A DNA stretch of 60,115 nt from Schlesneria sp. (GCA_043746775.1 JAYTQJ010000686.1:1-60115), one strand, 5' to 3'; shown: positions 1 to 10,069, numbered from the stretch's first letter. A program made the numbers and translations. Notes: a model not told the origin generated them from the sequence alone.

Positions 1-110
1 GCCGTGGGCTACGATCTGCCGCCCGCTGGGCTAAAAACAGCCAGTTCAGAACGCATCTCTTTCTCAAAACCGAAACCTCCCCGGAACGCCGGATGAGCCA
101 ATTTGAAAAC

Positions 111-152
111 GGGCTTACGCCCAAGAATCAGGGGGCTTACGCCGCCCCGCTC
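111..152. repeat. Palindromic repeat family H arm (CAGGGGGCTTACGCCGCCCCGCTC) preceded by a partial copy
   Basis: The same 24-mer occurs at 29416-29439 inside murC; a related arm is at 28810-28828. Confidence 0.75.
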
Positions 153-396
153 AGAAACCTCTCACTCTCCGCCGCGCGAGGTCTCACAAAGCTGAGCCGG
201 ACTTCGGACGGTGAAGTCAATTCGCGGGACGTTGCTTGCCAACGGATCGCGGGCGCGGTTTATTCTCCGCCCACGTCGTTAGCTGAGGGAGCAGGATATG
301 AACGACTCTCCCATCTCGATTGGCTCCCGGCGTGAGTTGGTCACGATTGTTGGTAGCCCCTCGGTTCAAAGCCGATTGTCCTCTGGAAAACATCCG

Positions 397-3300
397 ATGG
401 GAAAGCAACCGCTGATTGCCCGGTTGTCGCGCTGTGTGGTCCTGCTGGCGTGGCTCGTCCCGCTGGTATTTGTTCCTGCGCTGCGGGTTCAAGCGGAGGA
501 ACCGTACCTTGAGTTCGTGCAGGGTCTGCGAGACCAGCAGTACTACGACTATGCGATCCTGTATCTCGATCAGATCGCGACGCGGTCCAATCTGCCGACC
601 GAGATCAAGCAAGTCATTCCCTACCAAAAGGCGATGATTCTGCTCGATGGGTCCAAGCGGGCGCGGACTCCCGAGAAGCAGACCGAGCAGCTCGTTCAGG
701 CGCTGGCGTTTCTCGAGCAGTTCGTCAAAGACAGCCCGAATCATGCGAGTGCGGGTGACGCCAATTCAGATCGCGCTCAGATTCTGCTCGGCATGGGGCA
801 GGTCGAGATTCTGCAATCGCGGTCGCCTGCCAATCAGGGAGCCAAGCGGGAGATTCAGGGCAAGGCGCGCGAAGTGATTGCCAAGGCACGGCTCGTCTTT
901 CAGACGGCTTACGACCAGCACGCGGCCGCATTCAAAAAGTTTCCGAGCTTCATCGACGATCAGAAGGATCGCGTCTTGGCCGCCGACCGGGCCAAGGTCG
1001 AAGTGAACATGATCACCGCGATGCTGAATCTCGGGATGTGTACGTACCACGAGGCTCAATCTCACGACTCAGGCTCGGTGGAGTTCAAGCAACTGCTGGA
1101 CAAAGCGGCGGGTGAATTCGAGACGATGCACCAGAAGTACCGCAGCCAAGTGGGCGGGTTGTTCGCCCGCGCTTGGCAAGGGAAGTGTTATGAAGAACAG
1201 AACGATCTCCAAAAGGCGATGGGGATCTACAACGAATTGCTCGACCATCCCGGCAACGAAGGTCCGCTGTCGCGACTCAAAGCGCAGACGCTGTACTTCA
1301 AGCTGATCTGCCTGAACAGCAAGGACCGCAACGACAATCAGCTCGCCGCCGACTTGGCCGAGGAATGGTTGAAGAAGAACCAGGCCGAGTCTCGTACCGA
1401 GACGGGGCTGGGCATTCAGTGGGAACAGGCCAAAGCGCATGAGGCTCTCGGCGACAAAGCGGCGCGCGACGTGAAGGCCGATGCCGAGCGAGGTTGGCGG
1501 CAAGCGCGGACGATCGCGACGCAGATCAACAAGTATCCCGGTGAGTTCAAAGACGCGTCGCTCGCCATGATCCAGCGGTTGCAGGTCAAACTGGGTGGCA
1601 AAGAGCAAGTGCCGAAAGACTTCGACACCGCGTTCGGCTTGGCTGGCCAGTCCTTCAAGGCGGCACTGGAAATCGCCAAGGAAATCGAAGGGGGCAAGCG
1701 GACCAAGCGACCTGTCGAAGAGATCGCCAAGCTGGAGCAGGACCGCCGCAACGAGATCAGTGACGCCGCCAAGAACTTCGATTTGGCCTTGGGTTTGGCG
1801 ACGAAGCGCGACGATCCCAAGAGTCTGTCCGAGGCACGCCTGTGGTACGCCTATGTGAACTATTGGCAGGACAAAAACTACGAGGCGGCGGTGCTGGCTC
1901 AGTACGTCGCGCGCACGGCGGACAAGGACAGCGGGACCGTGGGGCTAGACGCGGCGTTCATGGCGATGGCCGCATTCGTCAAGGCGTACAACGACAACAA
2001 AGCACCGCTCAGCCAAAAGGCGGAAGACATCCGGATGATCATCCGCGCCTGCAACATGATCACCGATCGTTGGCCCGCCAGTGAAAAAGCCAACGATGCG
2101 CGGATGACTCTGGGGCGGATTTACGGTGACGCCAAGAAGCCTGCCGAAGCGGCCGCATGGTTTGGCAAGGTCCCCGATTCAGACCCCGGCTATCCCAAGG
2201 CACAGACGGCGGCCGGGCAAGCGTACCTGACGGCCTATTACAGCGCGGGGCGGAGTCCGGGAGCGGACAAGCCGTCTGTCGAACAACTCGGCGAATGGCT
2301 CAAGCTGGCGGAACAGCACCTGCGCAACGGGATCGACAAGCTGACGGCGAGCCTCCCCAAAGAAGGGGCCGCGCCGCCCGAGTTGATCTCCGCCAAGATG
2401 TCGCTCGCGCAAATCATCATCAGTCAGGGAAAAGATGCCGAGGCCATCAAGCTGCTGCTCGATGATCCGCATTCGGTCGTCAAAGCGGTGTCAGTGGCCG
2501 ATGAATCGAAGCGTCCCGACAAGGGAGTCACGAGCCGCAAGTTCGCGGTGGAAACGTTCAAGCTGCTACTGCGGGCCTACATCGGTAGCAGCAACTTGGA
2601 CAAGGGCCGCGAGGTCATGCGGACGTTGGAAGGGATCGTCGCGGCGGATGGGACGGACGCAGGCTCCGATGTCACCGAGCTGTATGTGGGACTCGGCCGA
2701 CTGCTCAAGGATGAACTCGAACGGCTCCGCAACAATGGTGAGACCGACCGCTACAACAACTTGATGGGGTCGTTTGAAACGTTTCTCAATGACATGGCCA
2801 GCCGCAAAGAAGGCCAGTCGTTTGGCTCGTTGAGCTGGGTCGGGGAAACATACTTCGCGCTGGGCGAGACCGTTTCGAGCGATGCCGCGAAGTCGATCGC
2901 GTTCTACGAAAAGGCCGGAACCGCGTTTGCCGACATTCTGACGCGAGCCGCTGCCGACGCGAATTTTGCCAAGCCCGAGCAGCTGCTCGGCGTGAAGATT
3001 CGACAGGTGCGAGTCCACCGACTCAAGAAGGAATTCGAGCCAGCGGAAATCTTGATGAGCGAAGTGCTGAAGGCGCGTCCGAACGACATCAAGGCTCAGT
3101 TCGCTGCGTGCGAGGTCTATCAGGACTGGGGAGCCAGCGGTCAGGTGGATTCCGCAAAGAAGTTGCTCAATGCCATTCGCGGCAACCCCAAGATCGGTGC
3201 CTGGGGCTGGGGACAGATCGGTTTCAAGCTGCAGAAATCGAAGTCCTTCAAAACGGATCCGACCGTAGCCGAAACGTTTCTCGACGCACGGTTCAACGGA

Positions 3301-3957
3301 ACTCAATCGCGGCAACGGTACGCTCGCGACCTGCCTCCAAAAGACAGGCAAAAAGAATTGGAACGCTGCCTGACGGAACTCGTCACCACGGCCTCTGTTT
3401 CGAGAAACATGCCTGATGAACGGTTTGCCAAGTTCAATGCCTTGTATCGGGACGTGCTGCAGGATGCGGGCAAGGCTGCGGAAGACTTGCCTCGCTCACA
3501 GTCTGCCGTGCCCGTGGCGGAGGTTGAGAAACCGGATGCCGCTCCAGTCAAGCCTGCTACGACCAAGCAGAAAGAAACATCGGCCGCCAAGCCGGAGGCT
3601 CCGAAATCGAGTGACACGATGACGATCATCGTATTGGTCGGCATCCTGCTGTTAGGAGGCGCGGTGGCGGCTTGGATGTTCCTCAAGCCAAAGCCGAAGA
3701 AGGCCGCTTGGGAATCGGTGCCGGAGCGTGAGTCGTCTCCGTTGACTTTCGGCGGCGGCACCGGGCCTGAGTCGCGATCTGGCCCCGAGTTTGTCTCGTC
3801 ACCGATGGATGCTCCGAAACCAAGACCACGACCGGCGAGTTCCGGTGGTGGACCGGCTGGCCCCCCCACTAAGCCTGCATCGAAACCGGCCGCGTCCGGT
3901 GCGGCGGTGACACCCAAACCGAAACCCAAGCCACCGACTCCACCCAGCAACACATGA
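397..3957 (+). CDS. Large exported TPR/alpha-helical repeat protein with C-terminal TM anchor and Pro/Lys-rich tail
   Basis: Long ORF; signal peptide-like N-terminus (..VPALRVQA-EE); helical repeats; hydrophobic IIVLVGILLLGGAVAAWMFL near the C-terminus; start placed at ATG 397. Confidence 0.8.
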   Translation: MGKQPLIARLSRCVVLLAWLVPLVFVPALRVQAEEPYLEFVQGLRDQQYYDYAILYLDQIATRSNLPTEIKQVIPYQKAMILLDGSKRARTPEKQTEQLVQALAFLEQFVKDSPNHASAGDANSDRAQILLGMGQVEILQSRSPANQGAKREIQGKAREVIAKARLVFQTAYDQHAAAFKKFPSFIDDQKDRVLAADRAKVEVNMITAMLNLGMCTYHEAQSHDSGSVEFKQLLDKAAGEFETMHQKYRSQVGGLFARAWQGKCYEEQNDLQKAMGIYNELLDHPGNEGPLSRLKAQTLYFKLICLNSKDRNDNQLAADLAEEWLKKNQAESRTETGLGIQWEQAKAHEALGDKAARDVKADAERGWRQARTIATQINKYPGEFKDASLAMIQRLQVKLGGKEQVPKDFDTAFGLAGQSFKAALEIAKEIEGGKRTKRPVEEIAKLEQDRRNEISDAAKNFDLALGLATKRDDPKSLSEARLWYAYVNYWQDKNYEAAVLAQYVARTADKDSGTVGLDAAFMAMAAFVKAYNDNKAPLSQKAEDIRMIIRACNMITDRWPASEKANDARMTLGRIYGDAKKPAEAAAWFGKVPDSDPGYPKAQTAAGQAYLTAYYSAGRSPGADKPSVEQLGEWLKLAEQHLRNGIDKLTASLPKEGAAPPELISAKMSLAQIIISQGKDAEAIKLLLDDPHSVVKAVSVADESKRPDKGVTSRKFAVETFKLLLRAYIGSSNLDKGREVMRTLEGIVAADGTDAGSDVTELYVGLGRLLKDELERLRNNGETDRYNNLMGSFETFLNDMASRKEGQSFGSLSWVGETYFALGETVSSDAAKSIAFYEKAGTAFADILTRAAADANFAKPEQLLGVKIRQVRVHRLKKEFEPAEILMSEVLKARPNDIKAQFAACEVYQDWGASGQVDSAKKLLNAIRGNPKIGAWGWGQIGFKLQKSKSFKTDPTVAETFLDARFNGTQSRQRYARDLPPKDRQKELERCLTELVTTASVSRNMPDERFAKFNALYRDVLQDAGKAAEDLPRSQSAVPVAEVEKPDAAPVKPATTKQKETSAAKPEAPKSSDTMTIIVLVGILLLGGAVAAWMFLKPKPKKAAWESVPERESSPLTFGGGTGPESRSGPEFVSSPMDAPKPRPRPASSGGGPAGPPTKPASKPAASGAAVTPKPKPKPPTPPSNT

Positions 3958-3969
3958 CGCAGCCAAGGC

Positions 3970-4055
3970 ACACCAACCCGAAGCGTAAGCCAACATCAAC
4001 CCGAAGCGTAAGCGAGGATGTGAGCGGCCTCCTCGCTTACGCTTCGGGTTGGTGT
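3970..4055. repeat. Family A hairpin (AACCCGAAGCGTAAGCGAGG...CCTCGCTTACGCTTCGGGTT) with an extra duplicated half arm
   Basis: Inverted arms 3993-4018 and 4030-4055; near-identical copies at 39616 and 48066. Confidence 0.9.
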
Positions 4056-4156
4056 CCGCATTAGCCGCCAGCAGCATCAAGAACGATTTCAACTCAACCT
4101 CGCGACCGCATCGCGTTTCCTTTCAAAGACCATCTCAAGCCCGGAGCAACTCCACG

Positions 4157-5227
4157 ATGACTCGACGTTTTCTCTCGCTGACTCTCACTGTGGCACTCGC
4201 TGCCGCGACCACGGCACCTTTGTTCGCCCTCGATACGGTGACTCGCAAGAGTGACAACAAAAAGTTCGGTGGCACGATCACCGACATGTCCAAAAATGAG
4301 TTCAAAGTAAAAAAGGCCGTTGGCGAACCGGATGTCCTACAAGCCAACGATGTGTCTGCCGTGGAGTGGGACGGCGCGTCGGGCGATCTCCGTTTGGGAG
4401 CGAGTGACGAAAACGGCGGTCGCTATGAAATGGCAATCCAGCGCTACACCAAGTCTCAAGCCGAATCCAAAGGTTCGAGCGAACATTTGAAGGCCGAGTT
4501 CGGCTACGTGATTGCTCGTGCGACCGCCAAGTGGGCCCTCTCTGATCCTGACAAACAGGCGGCGGCGATCCAGTTGCTGCAAGCCGCTCAGAAATCGAAT
4601 CCCAACCATTTTCGGTACTACGAATCGGTCAACCTGCTGGGGCAAGCCCAACTGGCGTCCGGTGACGCAGCTGGTGCGAGGACGACGTTTGCCATTCTCG
4701 CGAAGGCACCGTGGAGCGACTACAAGCTCGCCGCTCAAATTGCATCCGGTCGCATCCTGATCGCCGAGAACAAGCTCGACGAAGCGGTCAAAGAGTTTGA
4801 AGCGGCTGCTGCTGGCGCGAGTGACTCGCCCGCCGATCAGCTTCGCAAGTACGAAGCCATGCTCGGCCAAGCCCGCGCCCTCGTCATGCAGGCCAAGCAC
4901 GAAGAGGCGCTCAAAATCCTCGAAACGGTCACGGACAAAGGCCCCGCAGATGAAGCCTCACTGCAAGCGGAAGCTTACGTCCTGCAAGGAGACTCGCTTC
5001 AGGCTCTCGGTCGCGCCAAAGAGGCGGCTCTGGCTTACCTGCACGTTGACATCCTGTTCTCGCGTGAGACGACTCAACACGCGGCGGCTCTGTTCAACCT
5101 TTCCAAAGTCTGGAAGTCTGTGCAACTCCCCGACCGCAGCACCGAGGCCGAAGCCAAATTGGTGCAGCTCTATCCGAACAGTTCGTGGCGCAAGAAGCTC
5201 GCGGGCAACGCCGCTCCGGCTGAATAG
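4157..5227 (+). CDS. Exported tetratricopeptide repeat protein
   Basis: Signal peptide MTRRFLSLTLTVALAAATTAPLFA; TPR-like helices (AEAYVLQGDSLQALG, AAALFNLSKVW, QLYPNSSW). Confidence 0.85.
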   Translation: MTRRFLSLTLTVALAAATTAPLFALDTVTRKSDNKKFGGTITDMSKNEFKVKKAVGEPDVLQANDVSAVEWDGASGDLRLGASDENGGRYEMAIQRYTKSQAESKGSSEHLKAEFGYVIARATAKWALSDPDKQAAAIQLLQAAQKSNPNHFRYYESVNLLGQAQLASGDAAGARTTFAILAKAPWSDYKLAAQIASGRILIAENKLDEAVKEFEAAAAGASDSPADQLRKYEAMLGQARALVMQAKHEEALKILETVTDKGPADEASLQAEAYVLQGDSLQALGRAKEAALAYLHVDILFSRETTQHAAALFNLSKVWKSVQLPDRSTEAEAKLVQLYPNSSWRKKLAGNAAPAE

Positions 5228-5353
5228 GCTCGCGCTGGCAAGAACGAGTTGAAGGTTCTAGTATTCCGCACAACCCTCGCAAACCAAGCAGTCAGCCCAA
5301 TCAACGGTCGCTGCCTGCCTTGCCGTTGTGCGGGTTTCGTCGGGCAGAACTCT

Positions 5354-5450
5354 TGTTGAAACACGTAGGGTAAGCGTCTCGCTTGCCCGTGATTGCTGTC
5401 GGAAAAAGGGCAAGCCAAAGGCTTACCCTACGTTTTTCAACGGGGCACTA
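5354..5450. mobile_element. MITE-like element: TGTTGAAA...TTTTCAAC shell around a family B GTAG hairpin
   Basis: Core CGTAGGGTAAGCG...GCTTACCCTACG; the same layout occurs at 41639-41741. Confidence 0.7.
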
Positions 5451-5559
5451 GTGCCCCGTCAGGTCTTAATTTTGCGGTAGCCGAACTCGTAAGAGTTCTG
5501 CATTTTCTGAAGTCTCACGACTTCAGCTACCCCCAAATTAAGAACGGACAGGGCACTAG
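5448..5559. mobile_element. MITE-like element: CTAGTGCCCCGTC..TCTTAATTT / AAATTAAGA..GACAGGGCACTAG shell around a GTAG hairpin (family I, 5477-5530)
   Basis: Outer inverted repeats with CTAG at both ends; inner GTAGCCGAACTCG...CGACTTCAGCTAC. Confidence 0.7.
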
Positions 5560-5623
5560 GACGGGTTTCGACAGACAGATCGCCCACCGAAATTGGAGCC
5601 ACTCACTCAAAGGAGAGTTCAAA

Positions 5624-6538
5624 GTGAACGGAATCGGATCGAGCTTTAAGCGGGGACTTGGCCGCTGCTGGTGTGTGTTGCTGTGCTTCGTTGTGGGCCT
5701 GGGTGTCGTTGCCTGTCTCCCCACGAACTGCTTCGCCCAAACTGATCCCGATCCGCTCGCCATGCCGTTCGGCGATGGAGCGGCTAACAATGGCACTGAA
5801 GCAGCCAACACTGGGCTGCTGCCAGGCACAAATTTGAAACGTCCTGCCCAAGAGTCATTGGTGACGTGGATGATTCGCGCGTCGGGGATCTTCGGCTTCC
5901 TCATCATGCTGATTTCGTTCGTGATGGTGGCGTTGATCATGTCGCTCGCCACACAACTGCGACGTGAGAATTACCTGCCGCCGTCATTCGTCGAGCAGTT
6001 TGAACAACGACTGGAAGCGAAGGACTACCAAGGGGCTTACGAGACGGCCAAGGAGAGCGATTCGTTTGCCGGGCGGGTGCTGGCTTCGGGCATGGGACGG
6101 CTGTCACGCGGACACGAAGAAGCGGAAGCCGGTATGCAAGAAGTGGGTGACGACGAGACGCTGACGATGGAGCAGAAAATCGGTTATCTCGCCCTGATTG
6201 GCCGGATCGCACCGATGCTCGGCTTGTTGGGAACGGTGCAGGGCATGGTTCTGGCCTTCCAAGTGATTGCCACATCACCCAGCTCACCGAAGCCGTCCGA
6301 GTTGGCCGACGGAATTGCGACCGCCCTCTTCACAACTCTTGAGGGACTGGTGGTCTGTATCCCGGCGATGATCTTCCACACGGTCTTCCGAAATCGGCTC
6401 TCACGATTTTTGATGGAGTGTGGTTTCGTCGTGACGAACCTCATGAAGAACTTTCAGAGCATGGGCAAGCCGACGATCGTCACCAAGTCCGTTGGCGGCG
6501 GTGTGTTGGCCTCAGTTCCCGCCGCACCGCAAGCGTGA
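5624..6538 (+). CDS. exbB: MotA/TolQ/ExbB proton channel family protein
   Basis: IAPMLGLLGTVQGM and LADGIATALFTTLEGL motifs; GTG start after an AGGAGAG SD. Confidence 0.92.
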   Translation: MNGIGSSFKRGLGRCWCVLLCFVVGLGVVACLPTNCFAQTDPDPLAMPFGDGAANNGTEAANTGLLPGTNLKRPAQESLVTWMIRASGIFGFLIMLISFVMVALIMSLATQLRRENYLPPSFVEQFEQRLEAKDYQGAYETAKESDSFAGRVLASGMGRLSRGHEEAEAGMQEVGDDETLTMEQKIGYLALIGRIAPMLGLLGTVQGMVLAFQVIATSPSSPKPSELADGIATALFTTLEGLVVCIPAMIFHTVFRNRLSRFLMECGFVVTNLMKNFQSMGKPTIVTKSVGGGVLASVPAAPQA

Positions 6539-6638
6539 GGACACGTCCGAAAGCAATGTCGTCTTTCGCTCCGCGAAAGAACGCCTTTGGCGGAGCGAAA
6601 GGCGACAAACGGCGGGGTGATACTTGGGCAGGTTCTCA
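6536..6638. mobile_element. MITE-like element: GAACCTGTCC-type shell around a family C hairpin (TGTCGCCTTTCGCTCCGCGAAAG...), located at the exbB stop codon
   Basis: Homologous copies at 52102-52203 and 57994-58097. Confidence 0.75.
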
Positions 6639-6685
6639 TGATCGCGGTGCGTGTCAGATGCCGCCTGAGCCGTCCGTTAAAAGTG

Positions 6686-6749
6686 GTAGGGCGGGCACTC
6701 TTGCCAGTCGGCTTTCCAGACCGATGACGGGTAAGAGTGCCCGTCCTAC
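6686..6749. repeat. Family D GTAG hairpin (GTAGGGCGGGCACTCTTGCC...AAGAGTGCCCGTCCTAC)
   Basis: Inverted arms; second copy at 43297-43360. Confidence 0.85.
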
Positions 6750-6775
6750 AGAGTTCATCCAAGATCGGGATCGAG

Positions 6776-7252
6776 ATGAAACTGCGTCCGCTTGAAGCGA
6801 ATTCGCCCGACACAGACATGACGCCGATCATCGACATCGTCTTCCTGATGCTGATGCTGTTCATGGTCGTCATCAACTTCGAGAACTCGAAAGCCGAAGA
6901 CCGGACTCGGTTGCCCAAGGATGGCTTAGCCAAGCCACCGGAAGTGAGGCCCGAACACGAGTTGGTTCTGAACTTCGGCTACAAGCGAAACCGCGATGGC
7001 TCGAAAGCGGAAAGTGCTCCGACCGTCTTTTTCAATGATCGCGATGTGGAAGTCGGGCGGCTCGGAATCGAATTGGATCAAGAGCGGCGGGCGCTGGAGC
7101 AGCAATATGGAAATCGAGTGATTGGTGATGTCACCGTGCTGATCCGCGCGGATGCGGATGTCCCCGCCGGACTCGTGCAGCAGCTCGTGCAAAAGTGCCA
7201 GCAAAACGGCTTCACGAAGTTCTTGCTCCGCGCGATGGTGGAACAGCCGTAG
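6776..7252 (+). CDS. exbD: Biopolymer transporter ExbD/TolR family protein
   Basis: DMTPIIDIVFLMLMLFMV TM motif; VLIRADADV. Confidence 0.9.
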   Translation: MKLRPLEANSPDTDMTPIIDIVFLMLMLFMVVINFENSKAEDRTRLPKDGLAKPPEVRPEHELVLNFGYKRNRDGSKAESAPTVFFNDRDVEVGRLGIELDQERRALEQQYGNRVIGDVTVLIRADADVPAGLVQQLVQKCQQNGFTKFLLRAMVEQP

Positions 7253-7313
7253 CACGGGCGGCTCGCCTGTGTTCTTCCAGTGGAAGCGAGAGCAGGCGAG
7301 CCGCCTACTCTAC
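7248..7313. repeat. Family L GTAG hairpin overlapping the exbD stop codon
   Basis: GTAGCACGGGCGGCTCGCCTG...CAGGCGAGCCGCCTACTCTAC. Confidence 0.7.
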
Positions 7314-7363
7314 GATTTTCAAGACGCTGGTAGACCTCTGCCAATGGACGAAAGGCTCACGGT

Positions 7364-7864
7364 ATGAAGTTCAAGCTGCATCTGCCGCCCGAAAAATTCA
7401 ATCTCCCGCTGGCACCGATGCTCGACATCGCGCTCCTGCTGATGATGTTCTTCGTGCTCAACCTGAAGCTCGTCACTCCCCAAGGCAAGCTCGACCTGAA
7501 CCTGCCGATCTCGGCCCCGAGTTTGGTTCAGCGGGCCGATGTCAATCTGACAGACATCAAAGTGGGACTCCATTCCGACCGCAACGGTGTTCTGACGCAA
7601 CTCACTCTCGGCTCGAAGAACCTCGGCAACGATGACGCTGCGTTTGATCGGCTGAATCGAGAAATCCTGCAGATCATCGGCCGTCCGGGGAACCCGCTGA
7701 CAAAGGATGTCGAGATCGAAATTGATGCAGACTTTGAAACGCAATACCGGTACGTGGCGAAGGCGATCTCTCAATGCACGGGCCGGATCGATGCTCAGAC
7801 GAAGCAAATTGCGCGTTACGTCGAGAAGATCCGGTTTGCTCCACCCCACAAACCGAAGGCTTGA
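7364..7864 (+). CDS. exbD: Second ExbD/TolR family protein
   Basis: LAPMLDIALLLMMFFVL TM motif; VEIEIDAD. Confidence 0.88.
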   Translation: MKFKLHLPPEKFNLPLAPMLDIALLLMMFFVLNLKLVTPQGKLDLNLPISAPSLVQRADVNLTDIKVGLHSDRNGVLTQLTLGSKNLGNDDAAFDRLNREILQIIGRPGNPLTKDVEIEIDADFETQYRYVAKAISQCTGRIDAQTKQIARYVEKIRFAPPHKPKA

Positions 7865-8038
7865 CCGCAACGCTCCAGACAAGGCTGAGAGGAGAGTCGT
7901 GTGCTGGCGACCCTGCCGATCCGGCGATATACTCCCGCCCCTTCACAAGACGCCGAAAAGCCGCAGGGGATGCTGCGCAGGCGGCGGATGTATTAGGCAA
8001 TTGAGGGCTTTAGGAACTGAGGGCTTTTAGGAACGACG

Positions 8039-8488
8039 ATGGCTCGCAAATCACCCAGTCGATTGGACATGAGAAAACAGGTCGAAGCAGCCGAGGCTAT
8101 CGATGAGGCCGCGGTCAAGGAAAAGAAGCCGCGTAAGGCGGCCGCGCCGCGCGTCAGAAAGGTCAAAGAGAAGCCGGAAATTCGCAAGCGGCTCATTTGG
8201 ATCGTCTACAGCGGCAGCATGAAGGAAGAGGGGCGATTCCCGTATCACGAGCGTGCGGCGGCCGAGGAAAAGATCGAACAACTCAAGCTCAAGTCGAAGA
8301 AGCTGTACTTCATTCAGCCGTTGAAAGAGATCATCGGAGAAGACGGCGTGATCGTTCCTGTGGTAACCGGAACGCTGGATTTGGATGACGAACCCGTCAA
8401 GCCAAAGAAGAAGGTCGCCAAGAAGGACGATGACGACGACGACGATTCCAGCAGCGAACCCGACGACGATGATGATGACGACGAGTGA
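8039..8488 (+). CDS. Hypothetical protein with basic N-terminus and poly-Asp tail
   Basis: Clean ORF with SD and typical codon usage; followed by a terminator. Confidence 0.8.
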   Translation: MARKSPSRLDMRKQVEAAEAIDEAAVKEKKPRKAAAPRVRKVKEKPEIRKRLIWIVYSGSMKEEGRFPYHERAAAEEKIEQLKLKSKKLYFIQPLKEIIGEDGVIVPVVTGTLDLDDEPVKPKKKVAKKDDDDDDDSSSEPDDDDDDDE

Positions 8489-8551
8489 TTTGCGTGGCGA
8501 GTCGCTCTCAATGTGACTCACCTGCTGCTGCTGATGTTTCTGATTTCACCG

Positions 8552-8585
8552 GACCTCGGTCGTACATTAACGACCGAGGTCTTTT
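8552..8585 (+). terminator. Probable intrinsic terminator
   Basis: GACCTCGGTCGT/ACGACCGAGGTC stem followed by TTTT, between convergent genes. Confidence 0.6.
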
Positions 8586-10069
8586 CGTTGGGTCTGGATC
8601 AACTCCGCCACCATGTCGGGTTCCGCGCCGACGCCGCTGGGTACGGCCGGTAAGCCCGCTGAAATGGGCACCGGCTCGTAGCGCGATGCGGCGTCTTGGC
8701 CGCTGGCGAGTCGGAAGTCCGCGAAGGTCTTGGCCGAATAGAACGTCTTGTCGAATCGCAGGAACTCGATGTCGTAGATGTTGTGGTCTGCCTGCCATTT
8801 CACGTCTTTCCAAATCGTGATTTGCGACGCGGGCGTTCCGGCTAGCACTGAGTGATGCAGCGAGACCGTTCCGCCCGTCGGTTGGAGATGCAGACCCAGC
8901 AACGTCACGCGGCGCGCCGTCAGGGACGAGTTCTTCGTCACACGGATTTCGCTCGACCCCTGTTCGCGGCGGATCAGAACGTTGTCGAGTTCCACGGAGC
9001 AGGGGCGTGGCACTGCGGCGAGATCGGTTGTCTCACGTCCAATGATCGCGAGGGCACGCCACGCCGAAGACAGCACCACGGAATCGCGGATCGAATGCCG
9101 ATTCGTGTCGAGGAAGTACAGATCGTGTCCGACACAGTCCTTGATGAAGACGCGCGAGTAGTCCGTCACGCTGTCGCCGGTGTCGCACAGTCCGGTTGAG
9201 TTGCCGATCGACGTGAAGCCATCGATTCGGCACTGGCAATCGTCGTGAGCACTGAATCCGTCGTCGCCACATTCGATGGCCGCGATGTTCTCGAACAGGC
9301 ACTCGCGCGTCTTGCCGTGAATGTTGAAGCCGTCGTTGTAGACGTGCGTCGAGGTCACATTCCTGACCACGACATGGCTGCTGTCGCCGCCAAGTGTCAA
9401 CCCGCTCGAACGGATCGGCGCGGAGATGCGGGCGTCGGCGAGAGATACCCCCGGTGCGAGCCGAATGAAAAAGTCGCCGTAGATTTGCTCGGCATACTTC
9501 GTCTTGTCGAACACCGGCGAACGAGCCTCATCTTTGACAAAGGTCCACTCGCCCGGCAGCAACTGATCGGGTTGTTTGAGCGGTTGGCTTGGCCCCTTCG
9601 ACGAACGGTTCATCAACTGCATTCGGCCATCGAACACGAAGAACCAGCGATCGATCACCGCCATGTCGAGCCGGAACACCTTGTCGAACAACGCCGCACA
9701 CTTCCACAGTCCGGGTGAGACCTCACGCCACTCGTCGATTCGCAGTGGGTCGCTCCCTTCGAGCGTCGAGCCATGCCCATCGACAACGATCGGGCGTCCC
9801 GGTTCGCCGACCTTGTCGTGCAACACGATCGACTCGCGATAGACGGCCGTTGCCAGATGCACGACATCGCCCGCGCCAGCCACTCGGACCCCACGCGCGA
9901 TCGTCTTGACCGGCCCGTCTTTGCCTGTCACCTCGCGTGCCAACCCGCTCGCCCGATCATCGCCCACCACAGGATCGACAAACAATTCGCGAGCCACCGC
10001 CGCGCGAGCGACACCGACCAGCAATAGTCCGGCTAGAAAGAAACTCCTCAACCAAAAGCATCGCGACAT
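8567..10069 (-). CDS. Exported right-handed parallel beta-helix protein
   Basis: Signal peptide; LFVDPVVGDD...GPVKTIARGV motif; NDGFNIHG / DDGFSAHD beta-helix turns. Confidence 0.82.
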   Translation of the reverse strand: MSRCFWLRSFFLAGLLLVGVARAAVARELFVDPVVGDDRASGLAREVTGKDGPVKTIARGVRVAGAGDVVHLATAVYRESIVLHDKVGEPGRPIVVDGHGSTLEGSDPLRIDEWREVSPGLWKCAALFDKVFRLDMAVIDRWFFVFDGRMQLMNRSSKGPSQPLKQPDQLLPGEWTFVKDEARSPVFDKTKYAEQIYGDFFIRLAPGVSLADARISAPIRSSGLTLGGDSSHVVVRNVTSTHVYNDGFNIHGKTRECLFENIAAIECGDDGFSAHDDCQCRIDGFTSIGNSTGLCDTGDSVTDYSRVFIKDCVGHDLYFLDTNRHSIRDSVVLSSAWRALAIIGRETTDLAAVPRPCSVELDNVLIRREQGSSEIRVTKNSSLTARRVTLLGLHLQPTGGTVSLHHSVLAGTPASQITIWKDVKWQADHNIYDIEFLRFDKTFYSAKTFADFRLASGQDAASRYEPVPISAGLPAVPSGVGAEPDMVAELIQTQRKDLGR

